64,000 nt of DNA from Alteraurantiacibacter sp. (GCA_965213545.1 CBDBZL010000002.1:268855-332854); one strand, 5' to 3'. Positions 43,368-53,108 are shown, numbered from the stretch's first letter. Notes: a model not told the origin generated them from the letters alone. Numbers and translations: made by a program.

Positions 43368-43400
43368 GCAGCGCGCAGCGCTTGCTGGCCCCTGCCAGCA

Positions 43401-44663
43401 TCACCCCTTGACCAATGTCACCTGGCTGACCTCGATCCCCCCGCCCCTGAAGCCGCCCTCGCAATACATCAGGTAATAGCGCCACAGATTGACGAAGCGC
43501 GCATCAAATCCGGGCGGCAAGCGGCCCTCTGCCACCGCGTCGTCGAAGTTCAGCCGCCATAGCCGCAAGGTCTCGGCATAATGCGCGCCTAGATCGGCCT
43601 GATCGGTCCAGGCAAGGCCACGTTGCTCGGCCAAGCGACGAAATTCGCTCGTGCGGATGAGCATTCCGCCCGGAAAGACATAGGCCTGGATGAAATCGGC
43701 GCTTCTTGCATAGGCTTCGAACAGGTCGTCGCGGATGGCGATGAACTGGAGCGCGGCGTGGCCGCCCGGCTTCAGGCAACGCGCCAGGCAATCGAGGAAG
43801 GCGGGCCAGTACTCTCGGCCCAGCGCCTCGACCATCTCGATGCTGGCCACCGCGTCATAACACCCTCGCACATCACGATAGTCCTGTTTGCGCCAGGTGA
43901 CCGAACCGGTGGCGGTGGCGGGCAGGGCGCGGGCGAAGGCAAGTTGGTCGTCGGACAGGCTGATTGCCTCGACGTCGGCCCCCGACCCCGCCGCGCAGTG
44001 TGCAAAGGCGCCCCAGCCACAGCCGATCTCGAGCACCCGGCTTCCCGGCCCGATCCGCGCCCGCCGCATCATCGCCGCAAGCTTGACCGCCTGCGCCTCG
44101 GCCAGCTGACCCGGCGAGGCGGGAAGCGCGGCGAACATCGCACTCGAATAGATCAACTGCGGGTCGAGCCAGCTGGCATAGAAGTCGCTTCCCAGATCGT
44201 AATGCGCGTGGATGTTGCGCGCCGCGCCGTGCCTGGTGTTGCGGTTGAGCCAGTGCATCGCGCGCGCCGCCAGCCGCCAGGGACCCTTGGCGCGCGCTGC
44301 GTCGCCCAGCGATTTGCCGTTAGTCATGAACAACGCGAATAGCGGGACGGGATCGGGCGATGACCATTCGCCCGCCTCCCAGGCCTGGTACCAGCCGGCC
44401 GAGCCGCCGGTCGCCAGTCGCAGCAAGGCGCGCCAATCTTGGATGGTCACCTCGCATACGAAGCCCTCACGCCGCCCGCCGACCAGGCGCCGCGTTCCAT
44501 CAGGCAGGACGGCGTGGATCGCCCCGCTGGCAAGGCCACTATCGATCCGGTCGAGCAGCTTGTGGAAACCGGGTGCCAGAATGCGCGCCAGTCGCCCGGG
44601 GCGCGCGCCGAACCTTGCACCCGAACGCAGCAGCGCGCCGCCCCTAGCCCCCGCTCGCGTCAT
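43401..44663 (-). CDS. Cyclopropane-fatty-acyl-phospholipid synthase family methyltransferase
   Basis: HYDLGSDFY, VLEIGCGWGAFA, FPGGMLIRTSEF. ATG at 44663 preferred. Confidence 0.8.
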   Translation of the reverse strand: MTRAGARGGALLRSGARFGARPGRLARILAPGFHKLLDRIDSGLASGAIHAVLPDGTRRLVGGRREGFVCEVTIQDWRALLRLATGGSAGWYQAWEAGEWSSPDPVPLFALFMTNGKSLGDAARAKGPWRLAARAMHWLNRNTRHGAARNIHAHYDLGSDFYASWLDPQLIYSSAMFAALPASPGQLAEAQAVKLAAMMRRARIGPGSRVLEIGCGWGAFAHCAAGSGADVEAISLSDDQLAFARALPATATGSVTWRKQDYRDVRGCYDAVASIEMVEALGREYWPAFLDCLARCLKPGGHAALQFIAIRDDLFEAYARSADFIQAYVFPGGMLIRTSEFRRLAEQRGLAWTDQADLGAHYAETLRLWRLNFDDAVAEGRLPPGFDARFVNLWRYYLMYCEGGFRGGGIEVSQVTLVKG

Positions 44664-44723
44664 GCGCCCCCTTTGCCTTTGCCAAGCGCACCGGGCAAGC
44701 CGCTCGCGCATTCGCACAAGGCC

Positions 44724-46115
44724 CTAGCGCTGCTTGTGCGCGCTCAGCGCCCTTGCGCGCGCCTGTTTGTGGCCGATCAGCTTGGGCGGATAGTCCGACG
44801 GGCGCTTCTCGTCGGGCGGATCGTGCAGCTGGTCATCGGCAAGCCCGGCCAGTTCGGGCACGTAGTGGCGGATGTAGCCGGCCGCATCGAACTTTTCCGA
44901 TTGCGAGAGCGGCGCCATGATCCGCACGAACATGTTGGCATCCACCCCGGTACCCGCCACCCATTGCCAATTGGTGCCGTTATTGCCGTAATCGGCATCG
45001 ACCAGGCAGTCCCAATACCAGCGTTCGCCATGGCGCCAGTCGATCAGCAGGTGCTTGATGAGGAAACTGGCGGCGATCATCCGCACCCGGTTATGCATCC
45101 AGCCAACCTGCCATAACTGCCGCATCCCGGCATCGACGATGGGATAGCCGGTGCGCCCCTGCTGCCAGGCCTCCAGCTCACCTGCGACCGTGTCATCGCT
45201 TGCAGGATCGCGCCAGAACCCCTCGTCGTAGCCGTCGCGATAGGACGCCTCAGGATAAAGGGGAAACTGGGCGATGACGTTTTGCGCATAGTCGCGCCAG
45301 ACCAGTTCGGAGCGATATGTCCGGGCGCCATCGCTGTCGTGCCCCGTCATCCGGTCCCACAACATGCGCGGGGAAACCTCGCCATGATGCAGGTGGGGAG
45401 ACATTCGGCTGGACCCATCGATCGAGGGGAGGTTGCGCGCATCGCCATAGTCCGACACCTGTTCGAGAAAGTCGTCGAACCGGGCCATCGCCGCCTTGGT
45501 CCCCCAGTCCCAGAATTCGCGGATACCGCCCGCCCAGTCCGGCTTGGTGGGAAGCAGCCCCAGATCGTCCAGCGGGATCGATACGGGCCAGGTGCCGGGC
45601 GGGCTTAGCTCGGGTTCGGGCAACAGGTCGAAGCCATCTATCGCCGCGAACATCGCATTCCTGAACGGTGTATAGACCTTGTATGGTGCGCCCGAATTGG
45701 TGGTCACGGTGCCCGGCGGCAGCAGGTAGTTGCCATCGTGCAGCACCAGCTCGAGCCTGTCCGCCAGCGCGGCCTCGGCCTCGCGCCACCACGGTTCGTA
45801 ATGATGCAATGCGTGCACCGCGCCCGCACCGGTGTCGGATGCCAGCTTGCACAACTCGTCCACAGCCTTTCCACGGAAGATCACCAGCTTTGAACCATGA
45901 CGCGCCAGATCGCGTTCGAGCGATTGCAGCGAATAATGCAGCCACACCCGCGTAGCACCGCCCAACCGGCGATCGCCCCACCGGTCCGAGCAGGGCACCT
46001 CGTCGTCGAGCACATAGACCGCAATGACGGGACCGCGCTCGGCGGCAGCACAGAATGCGGCCTGATCGACCAGGCGCAGGTCCCGCCGCAGCCAGACGAT
46101 TTGTGGTTGTGGCAT
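44724..46115 (-). CDS. Deoxyribodipyrimidine photolyase (cryptochrome/photolyase family)
   Basis: IVWLRRDLRLVDQ, TGYPIVDAGMRQLWQVGWMHNRVRM, DADYGNNGTNWQW. Confidence 0.9.
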   Translation of the reverse strand: MPQPQIVWLRRDLRLVDQAAFCAAAERGPVIAVYVLDDEVPCSDRWGDRRLGGATRVWLHYSLQSLERDLARHGSKLVIFRGKAVDELCKLASDTGAGAVHALHHYEPWWREAEAALADRLELVLHDGNYLLPPGTVTTNSGAPYKVYTPFRNAMFAAIDGFDLLPEPELSPPGTWPVSIPLDDLGLLPTKPDWAGGIREFWDWGTKAAMARFDDFLEQVSDYGDARNLPSIDGSSRMSPHLHHGEVSPRMLWDRMTGHDSDGARTYRSELVWRDYAQNVIAQFPLYPEASYRDGYDEGFWRDPASDDTVAGELEAWQQGRTGYPIVDAGMRQLWQVGWMHNRVRMIAASFLIKHLLIDWRHGERWYWDCLVDADYGNNGTNWQWVAGTGVDANMFVRIMAPLSQSEKFDAAGYIRHYVPELAGLADDQLHDPPDEKRPSDYPPKLIGHKQARARALSAHKQR

Positions 46116-46146
46116 TAGAAGTTACCTCGGCGTCTTCCCGGCGCTG

Positions 46147-47055
46147 CTAGCGGATGGCTGCGGGCCGGCACAAGGACCTGAGGATCGGCACGCTGAACCG
46201 GCCGCCCGAGCGCGGATCATCATAACGCGCATCGCCCAGCAGGATACCGCCGTCCGAGATGCGCAGAACCGGCGCGCGTGACCAGAACAGGAAGGCATCG
46301 ACCTGGCTCGATGCCTCACGTGCCGCATCGAGGTCGCAGGCATCGAGCGGCAGGTCGCCGAGCAGCTTGCCGTCGCGATAATAGCGGCCATCCCCGGCGA
46401 TGCCGATGGTGTCGCGGCGCCAGAAGGCGATGGGCTGAGGTGAAGCGATAGTATCGGGAAGAGAGGTCTCGAGCATGCGATCGGCCTGCGAGATCGCGTA
46501 GTTGCCACCAATGTAAGCGAGCGCTCCGGCCAGCGCGATCCGTGCAGGACCGCGCCAGTTTTCGCCACGTTTCTCGCGCCGCCGCGAGAGCCAGGTCGCC
46601 AGGCCCAGTCCTATCCATAGCCATATGTCGATGATGAACAGCGTATCGCCATAGAACCAGCGACTGGAGAACGGTTCCAATAGGCGGATGCCATAGACGT
46701 TGAGCCAGTCGAGCGCCGGATGCGTCAGGCAGGCGATCAGGGAAAGTGCATAGAGCCAGCCGAAGCTTACGGGCAGCCGCGCCTCGGGCCTGGTTCCGCG
46801 CCGGGTCTGCCAGCGATCGAACGCGGCCAGCAGCGCCGCCAAGATCAGGGGCAGCAGCACCCAGGCGACCGGGCCGTGCGTGATCCCGCGGCGGATCGCG
46901 AGGTGCTCGACCCCCTCGACCCACAAGAAGCAGGTGGCATCGACATCGGGCAGGTTGGCGCCGATCACCAGCGCGGGCATGGCGAGCCCCGTGCGCCGCT
47001 TGAGCCCCGCCTGGCCGATCAATGCGCCGACGAGGCCATGCGTCAGATTGTCCAT
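46147..47055 (-). CDS. Membrane-bound metal-dependent hydrolase (YdjM/DUF457 family)
   Basis: MDNLTHGLVGALIGQ, NLPDVD, GITHGP; multiple TM helices. Confidence 0.7.
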   Translation of the reverse strand: MDNLTHGLVGALIGQAGLKRRTGLAMPALVIGANLPDVDATCFLWVEGVEHLAIRRGITHGPVAWVLLPLILAALLAAFDRWQTRRGTRPEARLPVSFGWLYALSLIACLTHPALDWLNVYGIRLLEPFSSRWFYGDTLFIIDIWLWIGLGLATWLSRRREKRGENWRGPARIALAGALAYIGGNYAISQADRMLETSLPDTIASPQPIAFWRRDTIGIAGDGRYYRDGKLLGDLPLDACDLDAAREASSQVDAFLFWSRAPVLRISDGGILLGDARYDDPRSGGRFSVPILRSLCRPAAIR

Positions 47056-47155
47056 CGCCGCCGCCTAGCGTAGCCCAGATTTTATTGCGACCGCGGGACT
47101 TGTGCCTGGTCCCCTGCAGGTTACTCCCGCCGAAGCCTATCGCACAATGCGTACG

Positions 47156-48202
47156 TCAGATGGGGTCCGGTGCGGTTCCGGGGACGGTCCAGGTTTGACC
47201 CTTGGCGAGCAGATGCGCCAGGCTGGTGTCCTTGCCCGCCACTGCCTTGGCCCGCTCCTCGCCGACCACGCTTTCGAAAGTGGGCCGCGGATCGTCATAC
47301 AGCACGCCCAGCGCCATGGGAAAGGCGCCGAAGGGCAGTTCGACCAGCATATGGGCGATCGAGCGGTTCTTCACATTGTGCACGATCACTCCGGCCGCGC
47401 GCCAGTCGCCGTCAGGAATTTCAACCACGCGCAGCTCGAGCGTGTCGTGATCCAGCGTGATCCCCTTGAGCCCGCCCGTCTTCTCGCTGCCGAACAGCAT
47501 CGGCTGCCCATCCTCGAGCCATAGCTGACGGTCCTCGGCACCCTTGGGCGCTGCGAAGTCGTCGAACACGTCCTTGTTGTAGACGATGCAGTTCTGGAAG
47601 ATCTCGATGAACGCCGCGCCCTGGTGTGCGTGTGCTGCGATCAGCACGTCGGGCAGCCTCTTCGAGACATCGAACCCGCGAGCCACGAACCGCGCACCTG
47701 CGCCCAGGGCAAAGGCGCACGGGTTGGTCGGCCGGTCGACCGAGCCGTGCGGCGTGGAGGGCGAGCGCGTACCGACCCTGCTGGTCGGCGAGGCCTGCCC
47801 CTTGGTGAGGCCGTAGATCTCGTTGTTGAACAGCATGATCTGCATGTTCACGTTGCGGCGGAGCACATGCATCATGTGGTTGCCGCCGATCGAGAGCCCA
47901 TCGCCATCGCCGGTGACCAGCCAGACATCGAGCGCCGGGTTGGCCAGCTTTACCCCCGTCGCCACCGCCGGCGCGCGCCCATGAATGGTGTGGAAGCCGT
48001 AGCTCTCGATGTAATAGGGAAAGCGGCTCGAACAGCCGATCCCGGAGATGAAAACGGTGTTCGCCGGGTCCGCGCCCAGCTGCGGCAGCGTGCGCTGGAC
48101 GGCCTTGAGGATGGCATAGTCCCCGCAGCCCGGGCACCAGCGCACCTCCTGATCGGTCTCCCAGTCCTTGAGGGTGGTTTCGATTTTAACGGGTGCGTTC
48201 AT
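47156..48202 (-). CDS. korB: 2-oxoglutarate/2-oxoacid:ferredoxin oxidoreductase beta subunit
   Basis: RWCPGCGDYAIL, GIGCSSRFPYY, TGDGDGLSIGGNH. Confidence 0.9.
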   Translation of the reverse strand: MNAPVKIETTLKDWETDQEVRWCPGCGDYAILKAVQRTLPQLGADPANTVFISGIGCSSRFPYYIESYGFHTIHGRAPAVATGVKLANPALDVWLVTGDGDGLSIGGNHMMHVLRRNVNMQIMLFNNEIYGLTKGQASPTSRVGTRSPSTPHGSVDRPTNPCAFALGAGARFVARGFDVSKRLPDVLIAAHAHQGAAFIEIFQNCIVYNKDVFDDFAAPKGAEDRQLWLEDGQPMLFGSEKTGGLKGITLDHDTLELRVVEIPDGDWRAAGVIVHNVKNRSIAHMLVELPFGAFPMALGVLYDDPRPTFESVVGEERAKAVAGKDTSLAHLLAKGQTWTVPGTAPDPI

Positions 48203-48205
48203 GTG

Positions 48206-48547
48206 TCAATCCAAATCGCAAACTCTTTGCACAAAGTCGAACGTCAACTGTTCACCTGCAACGACGTTGGCGATCCTGAATACCGCTATATATCCTGCTG
48301 ATCTCCAAACATCAGAAGCAGTAGTCCTATCTCTGCGACGCATAACGGCAAATCCTTCTTGTATTAAAGCGTCAGCTTGAGCCCGAAACTTCGTTTGAGA
48401 CCGATCAAACTCGTCATCGTGATAATGTGTGCCGTTTGACAGAACGTCCCAAACGCAAGGAAGTGACTTACCATCAACTTCTGGGTGCCGCGGTGCACTG
48501 ACTTGAGCAAACCAACTACCTTGGTTCCCTTTAGCTTTAGCCCTCAT
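48206..48547 (-). CDS. Orphan 113-aa protein inserted between korA and korB
   Basis: ATG at 48547. TGA at 48208-48206 lies 3 nt before the korB ATG. GC was 45-50% on three 60-nt lines counted, against about 65% in flanks. No motif recognised (MRAKAKGNQGSWFAQVS...YHDDEFD...AGYIAVFRI...). Confidence 0.5.
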   Translation of the reverse strand: MRAKAKGNQGSWFAQVSAPRHPEVDGKSLPCVWDVLSNGTHYHDDEFDRSQTKFRAQADALIQEGFAVMRRRDRTTASDVWRSAGYIAVFRIANVVAGEQLTFDFVQRVCDLD

Positions 48548-48633
48548 TTTTTTGCCCTTAAAGTTGATTTGTCAGGCGGCACCGCGTCATCGCCATGAAA
48601 CGGCGCATGGGGATAGCTGCCATCATCATACCC

Positions 48634-50571
48634 CTACTCCAAAGTCGGTAACTGCAGCGCCTTCACCGGCACCACGCCGCCCTCATTGCCCTCGACGCCA
48701 TCGAAATACTTGCCGATCGCCTCCTCCAGTTCGGCGATCTGGAAAGGCTGCCCGCTGGTCTTGGTGAGGCTCTGGGCATCGACCAGATATTGGTCACGCA
48801 GCACGGTCTTGAACTGGCCGGTGTTCATCTCCGGCACCAGCACGTGCTCGAAGCCCGCCAGCAGCTCGCCCAGGTTGGCGGGCAGCGGCCAGACGTGGCG
48901 GACATGGATGTGGCTGACCCGCAGGCCTTTGTCGATCGCGCGGCGTACCGCCTGGCGGATGGGGCCATAGGTCGAGCCCCAGCCGACCACCGCTAGGTCG
49001 CCCGTCGCCTCGCCATAGGACACTTCCTGCGCCGCCACCGCGACACCCAGCACCTTGCCCACCCGCGCATCGGTCATCGCCTGGTGATTGGCCGGCGAAT
49101 AGTCGATATTGCCGGTGGTCGCATGCTTCTCGATCCCGCCCACCCGGTGCATCAGCGCGGGCGTGCCGGGCCGCACCCAGGCACGCGCGCCTTTCGCATC
49201 GCGCGCATAGGGCAGGAAGTCCGCGCCTTCGGGCAGCGTCTCCATGAAGCGCGCGGGGAACGGCTCGAACGTAACGGGATCGGGTACCTTCCAAGGCTCG
49301 GCGGCATTGGCGATATAGCCATCGGTAAGCAGCATCACCGGTGTCATGTGATGGACGGCGATGCGGACCGCCTCGATCGCGCAATCGAACGCGTCGCTGG
49401 GCGAACGAGCCGCGATCACCGGCATCGGCGCGTCGCCGTTGCGGCCATAGACCGCCTGATAGAGGTCCGACTGCTCGGTCTTGGTGGGCAGACCAGTCGA
49501 CGGGCCGCCACGCTGCGAATTGACGATCACCAGCGGCAGCTCGACCATGATCGCCAGCCCCATCGCCTCGGTCTTGAGCGCGATCCCCGGTCCGCTCGAG
49601 CTGGTCACCCCGAGCGATCCTGCATAGCTCGCGCCGATCGCCGCGCAGATCGCCGCGATCTCGTCCTCGGCCTGGAAGGTGGTGACGTCGAACTCCTTCA
49701 GCCGCGCCAGGTGGTGCAAGATGGCGCTGGCGGGCGTGATCGGATAGCCGCCGAAGAACATCGGCAGCCCGGCAAGCTGGGTACCCGCGACCAGCCCCAG
49801 CGACACCGCCTCGGCGCCGGTAATGGTGCGATAGAGCCCGGGTTCGGCCTGCGCGGCGGGCAACTGTCGCTGGCGCAGCGGACCGGGTCCTGATAGCTCG
49901 GCGGTCTCACCGAATGCATGCCCCGCATTGAGCGCGGCTATATTGGCCCGCGCGATCTCGGGCTTCTTGGCGAACTTGGCGTTGAGCCAGTCGATCACCG
50001 GCTGGCGGCGGCGGCCGAACATCCACAGAGCCAGCCCCAGCGTCCACATGTTCTTGGATCTGAGGGCATCCTTGTTGCCCAGCCCGAACTCCTTCACCGC
50101 CTCGATGGTCATCGCCGAGATGTCGAGCGAGAGCAGCGTCCACTTCGCCAGGCTGCCATCCTCGAGCGGATTGAGCTCGTAATGCGCCTTGTCCAGGTTG
50201 CGCTTGGTGAACTCGCCCTTGTCGGCGATCACCAGCCCGCCCGGCTTCAGCGCTTCGAGGTTCACCTTGAGCGCGGCGGGGTTCATCGCCACCAGCACGT
50301 CGGGTGCATCGCCCGCGGTGCTGATCTGGCGGCTGCCGAAATTGATCTGGAAGGCAGAGACGCCGAACAAGGTGCCCTGCGGCGCGCGGATCTCGGCCGG
50401 GAAGTCGGGGAAGGTGGCGAGGTCATTGCCCGCCAGCGCGGTCGCCAGCGTGAACTGACCGCCGGTCAATTGCATGCCATCGCCGGAATCGCCGGCAAAC
50501 CGCACGACGACGGAATCGATCTGGTCGGGCTCGGAGCCTTGCCCCGATTGATCGGACATTGCGGTTGCCAT
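48634..50571 (-). CDS. korA: 2-oxoglutarate/2-oxoacid:ferredoxin oxidoreductase alpha subunit
   Basis: RFAGDSGDGMQLTG, FPDFPAEIRAP, GYPITPAS. ATG at 50571 or 50559. Confidence 0.9.
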   Translation of the reverse strand: MATAMSDQSGQGSEPDQIDSVVVRFAGDSGDGMQLTGGQFTLATALAGNDLATFPDFPAEIRAPQGTLFGVSAFQINFGSRQISTAGDAPDVLVAMNPAALKVNLEALKPGGLVIADKGEFTKRNLDKAHYELNPLEDGSLAKWTLLSLDISAMTIEAVKEFGLGNKDALRSKNMWTLGLALWMFGRRRQPVIDWLNAKFAKKPEIARANIAALNAGHAFGETAELSGPGPLRQRQLPAAQAEPGLYRTITGAEAVSLGLVAGTQLAGLPMFFGGYPITPASAILHHLARLKEFDVTTFQAEDEIAAICAAIGASYAGSLGVTSSSGPGIALKTEAMGLAIMVELPLVIVNSQRGGPSTGLPTKTEQSDLYQAVYGRNGDAPMPVIAARSPSDAFDCAIEAVRIAVHHMTPVMLLTDGYIANAAEPWKVPDPVTFEPFPARFMETLPEGADFLPYARDAKGARAWVRPGTPALMHRVGGIEKHATTGNIDYSPANHQAMTDARVGKVLGVAVAAQEVSYGEATGDLAVVGWGSTYGPIRQAVRRAIDKGLRVSHIHVRHVWPLPANLGELLAGFEHVLVPEMNTGQFKTVLRDQYLVDAQSLTKTSGQPFQIAELEEAIGKYFDGVEGNEGGVVPVKALQLPTLE

Positions 50572-50735
50572 GCTCGTGTCGCAAAATCCATGCTGCGGCG
50601 TCCGGCCAAGCGCCCGTGATCGGACCGGTTGGCCGCGACCTAAGCCCGCGCCCGGCGGGGGACAATCAACTTTTTCTGTCGCCGGTTCAATCACCAGGAT
50701 GGAATTGGCGACGAGCTTTTCCTATCACCGGCGTG

Positions 50736-51218
50736 ATGAACAACCCCGATCCTGCCCGTTATCGCCCCTGTGTGGGCGCCATGCTCGTCAATCGCGATAA
50801 CCTGGTGTTCGTGGGCCAGCGGCTCGACAACCGGATCGGGGATCGCTGGCAGATGCCTCAGGGGGGAATTGATCCCGGCGAGGATTTGGAAGCGGCACTG
50901 CTGCGCGAAGTGGGCGAGGAAACGGGGGCCAAGCCCGAGCATCTGGAGGTGGTCACGCGGCTGGAGGAGGAATTATACTACGACCTGCCGACCGAGCTTC
51001 AGGGCAAGCTGTGGGGCGGACAATATGTCGGCCAGCGCCAGATCTGGTTCCTGGTCCGCTTCACTGGCACGGATAAAGATATAAACATTACCGCATATGA
51101 AGAACCCGAATTCGCCGCCTGGAAATGGGTCGCTCCGCAAGACGTGCCCGGTCTGATCGTGTCCTTCAAACGCCATATCTACGACGCGGTTCTGGAACGC
51201 TTTTCCCCGCTGATCTGA
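50736..51218 (+). CDS. rppH: RNA pyrophosphohydrolase (NUDIX)
   Basis: YRPCVGAMLVN, WQMPQGGIDPGEDLEAALLREVGEETG (Nudix box). Confidence 0.85.
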   Translation: MNNPDPARYRPCVGAMLVNRDNLVFVGQRLDNRIGDRWQMPQGGIDPGEDLEAALLREVGEETGAKPEHLEVVTRLEEELYYDLPTELQGKLWGGQYVGQRQIWFLVRFTGTDKDINITAYEEPEFAAWKWVAPQDVPGLIVSFKRHIYDAVLERFSPLI

Positions 51219-51274
51219 ACGGTTCGTGCCCGGCTATGGATATTGCGAAGTCAGAGTGTTCAGATTGAGCCCGC

Positions 51275-51305
51275 CAGGGGGAAAACCACAGGGGGCAAAC
51301 ACAGG
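51275..51305. repeat. Short tandem direct repeat CAGGGGGAAAAC / CAGGGGGCAAAC / CAGG
   Basis: Read directly in the lower-GC convergent spacer between rppH and the TPR gene. Confidence 0.3.
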
Positions 51306-51365
51306 TCCACATTGAAACCCTCACCCGAAGCGCGATCAGGTATGAGCGGAATGCTGTAGCCCGCT

Positions 51366-51863
51366 TCAGTTCTGCGCCGGTCCCCCGTCCTCGCGCGCCA
51401 CTTCGGCGGTCATTACAGGTGGCCCGCTTGCTAGCGCGGCGGCCAGTTGCATCGTCTCTGTGCAGCTTGTCCCGCACAGGCTCTCGAGCCGCGCCAGATT
51501 GGCCTTGGCCTTTTCCACCGCGCCCTTCTCGAGCAAGGCCTCGCCTTCGCCCGACATAGCGGCGAAATTGCGCGGATCGTGTTCCAGCGCCTCGCGGTAA
51601 TAGTGGATCGCCTTGCCTTGCAGGCCGGTCTGCCGCGCGGCTTCGGCAAGACCCAGATAGATCGGCGTATGTCCCGGATCGACCGCCAGCGCGGCCTCGA
51701 ACGCATCGACCGCGCCCTCGTGATCACCCGCTTCGAGCGCCGTCCTGCCCTCCTCGATCAACAATGCGGCGCGCGGGTCGGCCTCGCGCTCCTGCGAATG
51801 GCCTACACTCGCCGTAACCCCCACGAGCAGCGAAAGGGCGGCAGCGGCAGGCAGGAAGCGCAT
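51366..51863 (-). CDS. Secreted tetratricopeptide-repeat protein
   Basis: ATG at 51863 after AAGGAGA; signal peptide MRFLPAAAALSLLVGVTASVG; TPR-like helices. Confidence 0.7.
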   Translation of the reverse strand: MRFLPAAAALSLLVGVTASVGHSQEREADPRAALLIEEGRTALEAGDHEGAVDAFEAALAVDPGHTPIYLGLAEAARQTGLQGKAIHYYREALEHDPRNFAAMSGEGEALLEKGAVEKAKANLARLESLCGTSCTETMQLAAALASGPPVMTAEVAREDGGPAQN

Positions 51864-51923
51864 CACGGTCTCCTTAAGAGCGGGCAGGCGGAGCTGGCGA
51901 AGTCCGGCCATCGAGCGACAGGG

Positions 51924-53108
51924 CTAGCACGCGTTTTCTATACAGGCGATGAAAAAGCCGTCGGTCGCATCGTCGCGCGGGGTCAGGCGCCAGCCCGGCC
52001 CGTGCGCCCGGCCAAGCGGCAAAGCGAGCGGCACTAGGGATCGCCATTGCGGTTCGCGATCTAAGAAGGCGGCCATCTGGCCCGGCCCCTCCTCGTCGAG
52101 CAGCGAACAGGTGACATAGGTCAGGCTTCCTCCCGGCCTGACCAGCGAGCTACCCAGGGCGAGCAGATGCGCCTGAAGCGCCTTGAGCCGGGTAAGCGCA
52201 TCTTCGATAAGCCGCCAGCGGGCTTCGGGATTGCGGCGCCAGGTGCCCGTCCCCGAACAAGGCGCGTCGATCAGCACCCGGTCCGCCTTCCCCATCCACG
52301 GCGCGAGCGATCCGCGCTCCTTGTGCGGATCGAGCAGCACGCTCTGGCTAATCCGCGCTCCAGCACGATGCGCGCGTGGCGACAATCGGGACAGGCGACC
52401 GCGATCGGTATCGGCGGCGATGAGGGTGCCCTGGTTGCGCATCGCCGCGGCAAGCGCCAGCGTCTTGCCGCCGGCCCCCGCGCACAGGTCGATCACCAGT
52501 TCGCCCGGCTGCGCGCCCACTGCCAGCGCGGCAAGCTGACTGCCGCAATCCTGCACCTCGATCAGCCCGTCACGAAAGGCAGGCCATTGATCGACCTTGG
52601 TGCCACCCGGATAGCGCAACCCGTCGGGCGCACGAAGCGCTTCGCCAGGCTCGGGCAAGCCGATCGTGTCGCGGGTTGTCTTGAGCGTGTTCACCCGGAT
52701 ATCGAGCGGCGCACGCATTAACAGCGCGGCGGCGGCCTCGCCGGTTATGTTCGAGCGCGCCAGCCTTTCGCTCAGCCAAGCAGGAGCGATCCCCGCCTCG
52801 GCCGGCACTTCCTCCGGACCGATGGGGGGCGGGCCGTAGGTCGAGCCATCGAACAGACCGGCAAGCGCTTGATCCTGCGCGGCAAGGCGCAGGAACGCCG
52901 CCCGCCCGCTTTCGGGCACCGGTCCGCAGGTTCGGATCGCGTCATAGACCAGTTCGCGGATCGCGCGGCGGTCCTTCGATCCGGCGAAGCGGGCTTTGCG
53001 GAATGCGTCGGCAAGGATGCGATCGGCCGGCGGACCTTCGCCGCGGGCCGCGGCAATGACTCGGTCGACAATGTCGATGGCCGCCTGGAGACGGGCGGGA
53101 GGGGTCAT
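51924..53108 (-). CDS. RsmB/NOP2/Sun-family SAM-dependent RNA (cytosine-C5) methyltransferase
   Basis: VQDCGSQL, VIDLCAGAGGKT, IDAPCSGTGTWRRNPE, YVTCS. ATG at 53108 preferred; 53159 possible. Confidence 0.75.
   Translation of the reverse strand: MTPPARLQAAIDIVDRVIAAARGEGPPADRILADAFRKARFAGSKDRRAIRELVYDAIRTCGPVPESGRAAFLRLAAQDQALAGLFDGSTYGPPPIGPEEVPAEAGIAPAWLSERLARSNITGEAAAALLMRAPLDIRVNTLKTTRDTIGLPEPGEALRAPDGLRYPGGTKVDQWPAFRDGLIEVQDCGSQLAALAVGAQPGELVIDLCAGAGGKTLALAAAMRNQGTLIAADTDRGRLSRLSPRAHRAGARISQSVLLDPHKERGSLAPWMGKADRVLIDAPCSGTGTWRRNPEARWRLIEDALTRLKALQAHLLALGSSLVRPGGSLTYVTCSLLDEEGPGQMAAFLDREPQWRSLVPLALPLGRAHGPGWRLTPRDDATDGFFIACIENAC

Noticed and set aside
43384-43399. Hairpin GCTGGC-ccct-GCCAGC between the convergent SDR and cfa genes
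   Set aside because: The stem is short, there is no U-tract on either strand, and it overlaps the cfa stop region. This is insufficient for a terminator call.
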